From positions 59,736 through 123,735 of the IMG/VR virus record IMGVR_UViG_3300022752_000027: a stretch of 64,000 bases of DNA; one strand, written 5' to 3'. This stretch comes from a virus. This document shows positions 19,413-27,799 of this stretch, piece after piece. Below the pieces are notes generated by a model. That model did no database searches, was not told the DNA's origin, and saw nothing but the letters and a program-made list of their open reading frames with translations. The position numbers and the translations under genes are program-made. Each line of letters opens with the position of its first letter. Position 1 is the first letter of the stretch.

Positions 19413-20530
19413 GCTGTGAATTTTGAATTTTTAGATACCCACATAACTTTGGATGTGTCATAGTCTTCAAGTGCTGACTTGACCCATGTTTCATCAACAG
19501 TATTTCTATAGCATAGAATATGAATCTTCCCTGTTTCATCTGGATTCAAACGTAATAATCTACCCAATCTTTGAGATGACTTACGTTCGTTACCGTAGGA
19601 ATGCATGATGATTCCCTGCTTTAAATTTGGAATATTAACACCCTCATTTAATTGTAGGACACATGCAAGTTTAAAGATATCTCCGGATTTAAATTTATCA
19701 AGGTTAGATTCAGAACTCCTATTACCACTAAAATAAGAATAACTACATAGTCTACTAGCCTGGTCTTTAGTATTAGCAAACAGTATTACTTTATCATTGA
19801 TATAATTAAGTAACTCCTTGGCATATACCTCTTTACTAGGATAAGACATCAATGATTTCATCCTAAGGATACGCTTCATTTGTAATTCTTTCTGACCATT
19901 GGCACTGTCTATTGATCTACACCAGTACATGTAATCCTCATACTCAGAAGTATAATAACCACCTGTCTTAGTCTTCTTGAAATAGTTTTTTCTATTATCT
20001 AAATCAAGCATGTGTACGTAGATAATGTAATCATTTAGTATCCCGTCACTTACAGCATCATCCACCATGTAGGTAAACTTAATGGGACAATGCTTTGCCA
20101 CCATTTCACCTTTCTCAGATGATGCAATCTTTGGTGGTGTACCAGTAACACCTACAACTATTCCTTTGTACTTAGATAGCGTATCATCATGCTTGTGCAA
20201 TAGATTATGACACTCATCTAATATAATCAGATCATAGTTATTTACTGGTCTTTTGGGTAATGACAGATACGTACTGTAATGTAATTCTGCCTTAAAGTTT
20301 TCATAGCCATGTTTAATAATCTCTTCCTTCCATGATTTATGAATAGATACTTTAGGTGCAACGACTAATACTTTAATTGGTATCAGTTTAGTATTGGACA
20401 AGTATTCGATATAATCTAAACATATTTTAGTTTTACCTACACCCATACTGATACCTAAACCAATCCTTGAATTTGCAGGTAAAGCCTTTAATAAATCTAG
20501 AGCTTCTGCTTGTATATCATTCCTTGTCAT
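19409..20530 (-). CDS. superfamily 2 (DExH) helicase
   Basis: MGVGKT, DECH, TGTP, EGVNIP, QRLGRLLR. Confidence 0.9.
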   Translation of the reverse strand: MTRNDIQAEALDLLKALPANSRIGLGISMGVGKTKICLDYIEYLSNTKLIPIKVLVVAPKVSIHKSWKEEIIKHGYENFKAELHYSTYLSLPKRPVNNYDLIILDECHNLLHKHDDTLSKYKGIVVGVTGTPPKIASSEKGEMVAKHCPIKFTYMVDDAVSDGILNDYIIYVHMLDLDNRKNYFKKTKTGGYYTSEYEDYMYWCRSIDSANGQKELQMKRILRMKSLMSYPSKEVYAKELLNYINDKVILFANTKDQASRLCSYSYFSGNRSSESNLDKFKSGDIFKLACVLQLNEGVNIPNLKQGIIMHSYGNERKSSQRLGRLLRLNPDETGKIHILCYRNTVDETWVKSALEDYDTSKVMWVSKNSKFTA

Positions 20531-20873
20531 TTGGTTTTATTCTATAATAAATTTTATTAGGATAACCTTCTGGAAAATACAATTGTAATATATCACAGAT
20601 ATATACTTCACCATAATACGAATCATACCTACCTTCTTCCATCTCCTCATTGTGTATCTTCTCAAGTATCTTAGCAGTATCTAAATAATACTTACTTACT
20701 TCAAATGATATGGACTCCGTAGATATTCCTACCTCTTCCTCAATTATTTCTGTAAGTGAGGCAGAAACTTTTAATTCTTCAGAGTCCCCTCTCCAAGTAG
20801 GTTCATAAAGGTACCAACATTTGGTACCTGTAGCATTGTCTTCGTATTTCTTAAATCTGATAATCATACCCAA
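20517..20873 (-). CDS. hypothetical protein
   Basis: 118 aa ORF. Confidence 0.5.
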   Translation of the reverse strand: MGMIIRFKKYEDNATGTKCWYLYEPTWRGDSEELKVSASLTEIIEEEVGISTESISFEVSKYYLDTAKILEKIHNEEMEEGRYDSYYGEVYICDILQLYFPEGYPNKIYYRIKPNDKE

Positions 20874-21166
20874 GCGTTTTTACATTGCTTAGAAGTTAAG
20901 CTAATAGATTTTACAAGTTGACTATATCTTCCCTGATTAATGCCGTCACCATAGCTCCTAAAGATATGTAGGTCTGCTTTGTTAGGAGTAATTCTAAATC
21001 GTTTATTACGTACCTGATTGATTACAGACTTAACTGTATCTGGAGATAGAAACTCAGGTTCAATAAAGGTTGTAGCATAATCTGGTTCACTTTCATTTGG
21101 AAAGTAAACATCCGCCGTTACTACATACCCATCAAAGTTGTCAATGAATTGTTTTATCTTTCCCAT
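20864..21166 (-). CDS. hypothetical protein
   Basis: 100 aa ORF. Confidence 0.5.
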   Translation of the reverse strand: MGKIKQFIDNFDGYVVTADVYFPNESEPDYATTFIEPEFLSPDTVKSVINQVRNKRFRITPNKADLHIFRSYGDGINQGRYSQLVKSISLTSKQCKNAWV

Positions 21167-21167
21167 A

Positions 21168-21569
21168 CTAATGATATAGTTTTAATGCTTTTGCTTTTTG
21201 TGGATTATCATGTATCCATGTATGACACATTCTACATATAGACATGAACTCAGAATCATCAAGATATAATTCTCCGACTCTTCCTTGCTTGTGATGTATA
21301 TCTGTGGCATTGAGACTGCAACCTGGCAGTCTTGCTTCACACATAGGATGTGTAGATAAATAAACTTTTCTTAGAGCAGTATATGCAGCATCCAACTTTT
21401 CTTTCTTGGAAGATTTGGGGGACAAAGGTTTCTGCTTTGTTGGTTTAATTTTGTCCTTACTAGAATGGCAACTCCAGCAGTCCTTACAGAACCTCTGTCT
21501 CCCCTCTTTCTTCCATATAGGTTTTTGAATGCCGCAACCGCTGCAAATTTTAGGCTTTGCAACTAACAT
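21168..21569 (-). CDS. HNH endonuclease with N-terminal zinc ribbon
   Basis: CSGC...CKDC; CE...C...DIHHKQGR...ICRMCHTWIH. Confidence 0.8.
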   Translation of the reverse strand: MLVAKPKICSGCGIQKPIWKKEGRQRFCKDCWSCHSSKDKIKPTKQKPLSPKSSKKEKLDAAYTALRKVYLSTHPMCEARLPGCSLNATDIHHKQGRVGELYLDDSEFMSICRMCHTWIHDNPQKAKALKLYH

Positions 21570-21580
21570 TTGAATTGTTA

Positions 21581-21895
21581 TTAAAAACGGAAACGGTAAT
21601 TTACGACTTCCTCAACTTCATCATAAAGTTTAGGATCAACCTCACCAATAATTGTAGCTATTGGTTGTAGTTTTTCATGTAAGTTAAGAACGTATTTGTA
21701 ATGATCACTGTTTTTAATCTCAACAAGTTCTTCTTCAAACAGATTGTTTTTGATTATGATACTACCCATATCAAACATGTCAACTATAGATTCATATTTC
21801 TTATCGATAAGCACAGTCTCATACAAATCATAAACAGATTTGTTTGCAAAGTATACAAACAACAACTCTTTATTGCTTAACTCATTTAGATTCAT
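21581..21895 (-). CDS. hypothetical protein
   Basis: 104 aa ORF. Confidence 0.55.
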   Translation of the reverse strand: MNLNELSNKELLFVYFANKSVYDLYETVLIDKKYESIVDMFDMGSIIIKNNLFEEELVEIKNSDHYKYVLNLHEKLQPIATIIGEVDPKLYDEVEEVVNYRFRF

Positions 21896-22356
21896 CTTAG
21901 TTCGTAAAAGTTAGACGGCAATACTTTTTCCTGAATCAACTTCTCTATGATATTTTCTTTCTTAATACCTAGGTCTTTGAATTCAGTGGTGCTAATGTAC
22001 GCATCATCTACTATGCCGACAAACTTTTCAGAGTAATCTTTTGCAAACTTACTATGATGAAATAACTTACACAGAAAATTAGAAACGAAATCATGGATTA
22101 GCTCTTGCTTCCATATGTTTAGAATCTTTTGTGCACGGAGATTAACATTATTTATTCTCTTCTTCTTGGCGTAATGCATGGTATCTATCTCCTCTTTAGA
22201 GTAAACGGATAACCCAAACAGTGCACGTTTGTAAAGGAAGTTCTGATAGGCATTAAACCTATCCTGTTCATAGATTACTTGAGATGTAAATCTTTTAGGG
22301 AATTTCTGATATTCAGATAGTTTTCCAGTGTAAATAACTTTTTGGTAGAGTGGCAT
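21892..22356 (-). CDS. hypothetical protein
   Basis: 154 aa ORF. Confidence 0.55.
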   Translation of the reverse strand: MPLYQKVIYTGKLSEYQKFPKRFTSQVIYEQDRFNAYQNFLYKRALFGLSVYSKEEIDTMHYAKKKRINNVNLRAQKILNIWKQELIHDFVSNFLCKLFHHSKFAKDYSEKFVGIVDDAYISTTEFKDLGIKKENIIEKLIQEKVLPSNFYELR

Positions 22357-22380
22357 AATAAATTGATTTTTAAGTTGATA

Positions 22381-22413
22381 AAATAAAATAGGGGGCTGTT
22401 ACACCCCCTATTT
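22381..22413 (-). terminator. intrinsic terminator
   Basis: Minus strand TAGGGGG-loop-CCCCCTA followed by TTTTATTT. Confidence 0.7.
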
Positions 22414-22437
22414 AATATACTCGAGATACCTAAACCA

Positions 22438-22911
22438 TTACAGACTGAACGGATCGTTATCCGTTTCTGTAACTTCTTCTTCTTCTGCAAATTTAATATT
22501 TGCCTGACGTATTGCATCACCATTTGTATGGGAAATAGTTTCATCAGTATCAGTACCGCTTTGATTGTAGAAACATTTACGGTAGATAGGTTGCTCATTT
22601 ACCATACACACAATGCCAGTCTTACCAGCAACTTTAAAATCTAGTGATGGTTCTTTAGCATTAAATGGAGTCAATGATTCCTTGATAATGATTTTACCAG
22701 GAAGGATTTCTCCTGCCATAAATCCAAGGCTTTCTAATTCATCTACAGTACCATGCATCAATGCACTTAGTACTTTGCTACGTACCCAGCCTTTATCTGT
22801 AATGACTGTACGCTTTTGTTCTACACGGATATGACCGTAATTTGGATTTTCTTTAGATGGAATAACCACTTGACCAGCTTCATTAGCTGTCACATAAACT
22901 TTACTAAACAT
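22438..22911 (-). CDS. conserved protein with acidic tail, possibly ssDNA-binding
   Basis: Ends EEEEVTETDNDPFSL and is followed by a terminator. Confidence 0.55.
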   Translation of the reverse strand: MFSKVYVTANEAGQVVIPSKENPNYGHIRVEQKRTVITDKGWVRSKVLSALMHGTVDELESLGFMAGEILPGKIIIKESLTPFNAKEPSLDFKVAGKTGIVCMVNEQPIYRKCFYNQSGTDTDETISHTNGDAIRQANIKFAEEEEVTETDNDPFSL

Positions 22912-22937
22912 AATAATAAGAGATTTAAATTGTTAAA

Positions 22938-23222
22938 CTAATTTTCAAGGTCGTCAAAATTTATACTGTCGTCCTTGACATCTGGGAATTCATCAGGATA
23001 AAACTCTTTATAATAAAAGTCTACATCCCCTGATTCAGCTTCCTCATCTGAATCAGTTTCTTCCAGTTCATCCTTATTGTTTAGTACTGAGTTCTTAAAA
23101 GGATTAAGTATTACTTCACCCATATTAGTAGCGATGAGGTATTGGATATCTTCAGGAGTTAAGTTTAAAACATCTGAAATATCTAACCAAATCGTCTTAC
23201 CGTTAGGTAACTGATAATACAT
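22938..23222 (-). CDS. acidic hypothetical protein
   Basis: MYYQLPNGKTI...; TAACTTTG box at 23227-23234 just upstream. Confidence 0.6.
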   Translation of the reverse strand: MYYQLPNGKTIWLDISDVLNLTPEDIQYLIATNMGEVILNPFKNSVLNNKDELEETDSDEEAESGDVDFYYKEFYPDEFPDVKDDSINFDDLEN

Positions 23223-23301
23223 ATATCAAAGTTACTCAGTCTAATAAATAATAGATTAACTTAAGATACTATATACAAAATAAACTGCATTACATAGCTA
23301 A

Positions 23302-23769
23302 TTAAATAATATTACCGGGTAATACTGTAGGCATAGAAAGCTTAATGGTATTATCCATCATAATAGTGTTATGATTAAATTCTAAATCTCTATTACTTTC
23401 TTGACCATGGTAATCTATGAAAGTTATGACGCCGGTATAACAGTTTATATCTGTTCTATTTATTTCTTTTATTACAGCATATATACCGTCACCTGAAATG
23501 TATCCTTGCTCTCTTGATTTTTCATCATCAATAGAATACCATAAAGTTTTTCTCATAATTCTAACCTTATCACCGGGTTTAAATATGATTTCTGGAAATG
23601 TATCAGTCAATGCCATGAAGAAGTTCTCTCCATTATTACCTTTCATAATGATTCTTGTTAGATAATCAATCATTAATTTCTTATTAGCAATCTGATCAGT
23701 CACTACACTTTCCAGTATTTTTTCTATTGTTTTGGTGGTAACATTAAACTGAAATTGGTCTTGAGCCAT
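23302..23769 (-). CDS. hypothetical protein
   Basis: 155 aa ORF. Confidence 0.55.
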   Translation of the reverse strand: MAQDQFQFNVTTKTIEKILESVVTDQIANKKLMIDYLTRIIMKGNNGENFFMALTDTFPEIIFKPGDKVRIMRKTLWYSIDDEKSREQGYISGDGIYAVIKEINRTDINCYTGVITFIDYHGQESNRDLEFNHNTIMMDNTIKLSMPTVLPGNII

Positions 23770-23824
23770 AAATAATTAGGTTGGTTTAAGAATTTATACG
23801 ATATTAGTATTATAAATATGTCAT

Positions 23825-24829
23825 ATGGCAGGAAAAAATAAACTATCTGGAGAGCTATGCAAGGCCTCCCTAAAGAAATTTCCAAATACACCATTACTTA
23901 CATTAGCTAAAAAATTATACTCCGAAAACTCCTTACATTTCAGTAGTGTAGAACATGCAAGGAAAGTATTGTCTTACCATAGCGGTAAGAACGGTGTTAA
24001 AAATAGAAAATCTCTACAAGATAAATCTTTACAGCAAGAACTTACATATAACTATTCTCCATTTGATGAGATTCCAGAATCATTTGAAGAAATTCGGGAG
24101 CCATACATTCTAGGTACTGCCACAAAAAAAATTCTAATACTATCTGATATACACTTTCCTTACCATAATGCTACAGCACTTAGAACTGCAATTAGGTATG
24201 GTTTAGAACAAGAGGTAGATTGTATTATTCTTAATGGAGATATACTAGATTTCTATTCACTCTCTGATTTTGATAAAGACCCAAGTAAACCTAAGTTCCG
24301 TAAAGAAATAGAATTAGGTAAGTGGTTCCTCAATGAACTCAGAATGGCATTTCCAAAGGCACAGATATACTACAAAATTGGTAATCATGAGATGAGACTA
24401 GAAAGATATCTAAAGGTAAAGGCACCAGAAATATTTGATACTGATGAGTTTAGATTAGAGATCTTACTAGAGTTTGCCAAACATCATGTAATACTAATAG
24501 ATAAGTATACTGTAATTAAAGCAGGTAATCTTAACATCATTCACGGTCATGAATACCGAGGAGCTGGAGGTACATACCCTGCTAAGTATATCTATGGTAA
24601 ATCAAAAGTCAATACAATCTGTGGTCATTACCACAGATCTAGCACTTACCTAGATAAAAACATGGATGGCCAATATCACGGTGGATTCTCTACAGGATGT
24701 CTGTGTGAACTATCTCCTGATTATATGCCATACAATGAATGGGTACATGGATTTGCTGTTGTGACTATGAAAAAAGATGGTAACTTTAGTGTTCAGAATC
24801 TTACAATAGATAATGGGGAGATACGCTAA
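23825..24829 (+). CDS. calcineurin-like metallophosphoesterase
   Basis: SDIH, NGDILD, GNHE, HGH, GHYH. Confidence 0.9.
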   Translation: MAGKNKLSGELCKASLKKFPNTPLLTLAKKLYSENSLHFSSVEHARKVLSYHSGKNGVKNRKSLQDKSLQQELTYNYSPFDEIPESFEEIREPYILGTATKKILILSDIHFPYHNATALRTAIRYGLEQEVDCIILNGDILDFYSLSDFDKDPSKPKFRKEIELGKWFLNELRMAFPKAQIYYKIGNHEMRLERYLKVKAPEIFDTDEFRLEILLEFAKHHVILIDKYTVIKAGNLNIIHGHEYRGAGGTYPAKYIYGKSKVNTICGHYHRSSTYLDKNMDGQYHGGFSTGCLCELSPDYMPYNEWVHGFAVVTMKKDGNFSVQNLTIDNGEIR

Positions 24830-25062
24830 TGCCTACTGTAATAAAGCTAGGATTGTTTGATTCAAACATGATACGCAGTGATCAGAATGAATTAGATATT
24901 CCTGAAATATATATTGACCATGCTGTTATGCAAGTTGTAGATGAAAATGCACAGCTTGTTGTGCAGTTTACCTATGAAGAACTTCGGGGTATCATGGCTA
25001 TTATGGCAGCTGAACAGGAGAAGAAACATATCTATATAGCCGCAGCATCTAAAGATAATTAG
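24829..25062 (+). CDS. hypothetical protein
   Basis: 77 aa, start overlaps the phosphoesterase stop. Confidence 0.55.
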   Translation: MPTVIKLGLFDSNMIRSDQNELDIPEIYIDHAVMQVVDENAQLVVQFTYEELRGIMAIMAAEQEKKHIYIAAASKDN

Positions 25063-25147
25063 TACTCAGAATGGGACTCGAACCCATACAGCTGTTATAG
25101 CCAAGGGATTTTAAGTCCCTCATGTCTACCTATTCCATCATCTGAGC
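25063..25147 (-). tRNA. tRNA-Leu(UAA)
   Basis: Acceptor GCTCAGA/TCTGAGT, anticodon arm AGGGA-CTTAAAA-TCCCT, long variable arm, GGTTCGAGTCC; no encoded CCA. Confidence 0.92.
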
Positions 25148-25153
25148 AATTAG

Positions 25154-25210
25154 TACCCGATCAGGTATAAATTTTTATAATAACGTATAATTATACCCTA
25201 TCAGGTGTAA
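25154..25210. repeat. bipartite palindromic element, copy 2 (inverted relative to copy 1)
   Basis: TACCCGATCAGGTATAA + 20 nt + TTATACCCTATCAGGTGTAA. Confidence 0.7.
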
Positions 25211-25221
25211 TAATAGATTAG

Positions 25222-25293
25222 TACCTCCACCAGGATTCGAACCTGGAATGAGGGATTAGAAATCCCTAGTTATATCCCTTTAACTATAGAGGC
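25222..25293 (-). tRNA. tRNA-Arg(UCU)
   Basis: Acceptor GCCTCTA/TGGAGGT, anticodon arm AGGGA-TTTCTAA-TCCCT, CCAGGTTCGAATCCTGG. Confidence 0.92.
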
Positions 25294-25380
25294 ATGAACC
25301 TATATTTACTCACACCGAGTGCTGCAGATTACGTTGAGTATTGTAAATATAGGAAGATTGATAGCTACTCAATCTATTAG

Positions 25381-25483
25381 TAGTCAGGACAGGATTCGAA
25401 CCTGTATGGAGTCCTTATTTCAGGATTTTTGAAATGTCTTCCCCCCTTACATTTTTAGCGTCTACCAATTCCGCCACCTGACT
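25381..25483 (-). ncRNA. tRNA-like RNA with a non-canonical anticodon arm
   Basis: Acceptor AGTCAGG/CCTGACT, Leu/Ser-type D arm GGCGGAATTGGTAGACGC, T arm ACAGGTTCGAATCCTGT; central hairpin AAATGT-AAGGGGGGAAG-ACATTT. Confidence 0.7.
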
Positions 25484-25547
25484 ATGTTGCTGTCTTTCCA
25501 GCTGTCATCAACTTTTTCTTTCAATGTTTCGGGGTTGACACCTTCTG

Positions 25548-25620
25548 TAGTCAGGACAAGATTCGAACTTGTATTCCCTAATTAAGCGTTAGGTACTTTA
25601 CCAATTAAGTACACCTGACT
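25548..25620 (-). tRNA. atypical tRNA, nominal anticodon CUU (Lys)
   Basis: Same AGTCAGG/CCTGACT acceptor; anticodon arm CCTAA-CGCTTAA-TTAGG has G at position 33 and there is no nucleotide 26. Confidence 0.6.
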
Positions 25621-25670
25621 AATCAGCGTTCTATTATAAAAAGAGGAAGTTACCGCCTATACCTACTGCA

Positions 25671-25862
25671 TTATTGATACCTCTCTTGGATATCATCTAG
25701 ATTATATAGAAGATGTTGTGTCTTCCATTCTTCATATAGGTCTAGCCATTTATCTATCCACCATCCTGTAGGACATAACTTTAACGCTTTTTCTGCTTCT
25801 TCCAGTGTAGGATATTCTAACCCGGAGAAGACATCTTGATTATTCATTATTCTGTAGCTCAT
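25671..25862 (-). CDS. small hypothetical protein
   Basis: 63 aa, overlaps the upstream gene. Confidence 0.55.
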   Translation of the reverse strand: MSYRIMNNQDVFSGLEYPTLEEAEKALKLCPTGWWIDKWLDLYEEWKTQHLLYNLDDIQERYQ

Positions 25863-26065
25863 GCTAATATATTATATATTAAATAGATTAAAATATAGAT
25901 ACCGACCATGTAACCAACTAGTAGAAACATGGATGACATTATAACTAAAACCTTTCTTGCCTTGTCGGATTGAACAGTATATAGCAAAGTGTCAATCCAT
26001 GTTCCTATTGCGTAACATAAAATGATGTAGGTAACGCATAGTATTATATGACATATGTGTTCCAT
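25859..26065 (-). CDS. small membrane protein with two TM segments
   Basis: Two hydrophobic helices. Confidence 0.5.
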   Translation of the reverse strand: MEHICHIILCVTYIILCYAIGTWIDTLLYTVQSDKARKVLVIMSSMFLLVGYMVGIYILIYLIYNILA

Positions 26066-26066
26066 A

Positions 26067-26264
26067 TTACTCTTGTCTTATAAAAATTCTTTCTGTTTTG
26101 CTAATAGCCTGGTCCAAATATACACGGTTCCTATAGTCTTTACAAACTATACGTCTTACACGGTTTATTGTTTGGTATGCATTAGCAGGATAAATAAAGA
26201 AGTCTTCCTTCTTTAGTTTTGTCACGGGTTTAACAAATTCTTCAAAAGTAAATTGCCTTTTCAT
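26067..26264 (-). CDS. small basic hypothetical protein
   Basis: 65 aa ORF. Confidence 0.55.
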   Translation of the reverse strand: MKRQFTFEEFVKPVTKLKKEDFFIYPANAYQTINRVRRIVCKDYRNRVYLDQAISKTERIFIRQE

Positions 26265-26311
26265 TGTAGATAATAGGTATTAAAGGAAAAAAGGGGAATG
26301 CCGTAGGTATC

Positions 26312-26410
26312 CTATAGAATAGCTCCTATAGTGATCCACATAATAGTAATGGATACTGCAACTAGTATCCCAGCAATGAATAGAAGTAAATCCTTAGTAT
26401 TCTCTGACAT
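26312..26410 (-). CDS. 32 aa single-TM peptide, below ORF-track cutoff
   Basis: Manual translation MSENTKDLLLFIAGILVAVSITIMWITIGAIL; A/T-rich leader. Confidence 0.5.
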   Translation of the reverse strand: MSENTKDLLLFIAGILVAVSITIMWITIGAIL

Positions 26411-26448
26411 AGTTAATAGATTTAAGTTAATAGATTATAAAAATAGAG

Positions 26449-26649
26449 TTGTAATAGGAACTCATTAGGTTTACACTGCATACCAGCTTCGGTTCCCAAT
26501 TTTGCTTTCAGTTCTATTGTTTAGGCTTTATATCTCCTATTACAAGTTTAATATCCCCTCTGCACTCAGTTGTAATACTAATACCTTTACTTGCCCGGAT
26601 ATTTATATCAAGGTCATCACGGAAGTCCGGTGTGATGGTATTACAACTG
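26449..26649 (-). ncRNA. two adjacent structured non-coding stem-loop domains
   Basis: Closing helices TTGTAATAGGA/TCCTATTACAA (26449-26545) and CAGTTGTAATAC/GTATTACAACTG (26567-26649); strand inferred from context. Confidence 0.5.
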
Positions 26650-26790
26650 CTATCCCTTGGGAAGATAGTTATGGTGCATTAAATATGAGGGTTATCTGGA
26701 CTCCCACAAACGCCAGCAACTTACTGGATAGTATCTTACAATTTATATAACCGGAGTATAGATACAAAAGCCGGTACCCTTATATAACCA

Positions 26791-26973
26791 CTATGATTTC
26801 CTATTATTGAGAATATGCCGGAGATATTGTATAGTAACATTTGCTTTATCAGCCCCGATAAGATCGCCGGAAGCATACATCTCCTCTTTATCATGCCTAT
26901 AGGAAGTAATAAGCATAATGAGTTCATCTATAGATAGCTGATAATAGATATCTTCTAAGGTTTCTTCGTACAT
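26791..26973 (-). CDS. small hypothetical protein
   Basis: 60 aa ORF. Confidence 0.5.
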   Translation of the reverse strand: MYEETLEDIYYQLSIDELIMLITSYRHDKEEMYASGDLIGADKANVTIQYLRHILNNRKS

Positions 26974-27086
26974 AGCTATATATTTGCTTGGTTGATTAGA
27001 TATACAACTGATTTACAATTAGTTAGCATGTAGTAATAGGATAAGTGTGTTTCACCCTATTACATACATGCCTCATTATCAACTAA

Positions 27087-27485
27087 TTATGGCTTGAACG
27101 GATCCACATTAGCATCCTGTTGTTCATTTACAGGAGTTATAGTAGTTCTTTTACGTCCTCCAAATCCTAATTCATCTAACATACGTTCAGCAAGAGCATC
27201 TTTCATGAAAGACATCTGATTTACCAGACTGTTTGCTTTACGGATATTACTAGTGTCTGCAACTACATTACCTGTACGGGTAAATATCAGGTCAATCTGT
27301 GGTCCGTAGTATTCTACAGTCCAGAATAACGGCTTACCAGTTGTTTCATTCTCCCGGTAATTAGCACCCTTAACATTCTTATAATCAGCAAGTTCCTGCT
27401 CGGTTCCATGTACATCATATACATAAACCCATTGACCTTTTACATTCTTACTTGGATAGCTTAATCCTGTGTCTACTGCTTTCAT
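27087..27485 (-). CDS. putative early protein, paralogue of 27800..28231
   Basis: Likely start MKAVDTG at 27485; ends VDPFKP. Confidence 0.65.
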   Translation of the reverse strand: MKAVDTGLSYPSKNVKGQWVYVYDVHGTEQELADYKNVKGANYRENETTGKPLFWTVEYYGPQIDLIFTRTGNVVADTSNIRKANSLVNQMSFMKDALAERMLDELGFGGRKRTTITPVNEQQDANVDPFKP

Positions 27486-27757
27486 CTTGATTGGTTTTAG
27501 ATTGTTATTATTATTGTGAATAAAATGCAAAAGAAGAAAGGGGAGAGAAAAAAGATAGTGAAGGACCTGTAGATAGCATAAGTCGCTGATATCCAGCAGA
27601 TTCTGTAGATCCTGTAGGTAGGGATAATCGAGGATGATAGTAAAACTATCGTCCCCATCCCTCCAATAGATAGTGAAAGAACTTGCATTAAAAATGCGAT
27701 TTGTCCACCGATGAAACACCAGTGTTTACGGGAAAAATGACTTTTTCCTATAGTAAT

Positions 27758-27792
27758 AAAAAAGGACAGTCCCCCGTTAGGAGAACTGTCCT
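27758..27792 (-). terminator. intrinsic terminator
   Basis: AGGACAGT...ACTGTCCT followed by a T tract, just after 27800..28231. Confidence 0.75.
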
Positions 27793-27799
27793 GTACCCA

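Noticed and set aside
26449-26545. Hammerhead ribozyme (CTAATGAG seen on minus)
   Set aside because: The core needs CUGANGA with a correctly placed GAAA; G5 is absent and the stems do not fit
27486-27719. 78 aa N-terminal extension of ORF 27087..27719, and ORFs 27497..27688 and 28292..28531
   Set aside because: They run through purine/pyrimidine tracts, terminators and the duplicated leader, whose conserved blocks fall in different frames; treated as non-coding
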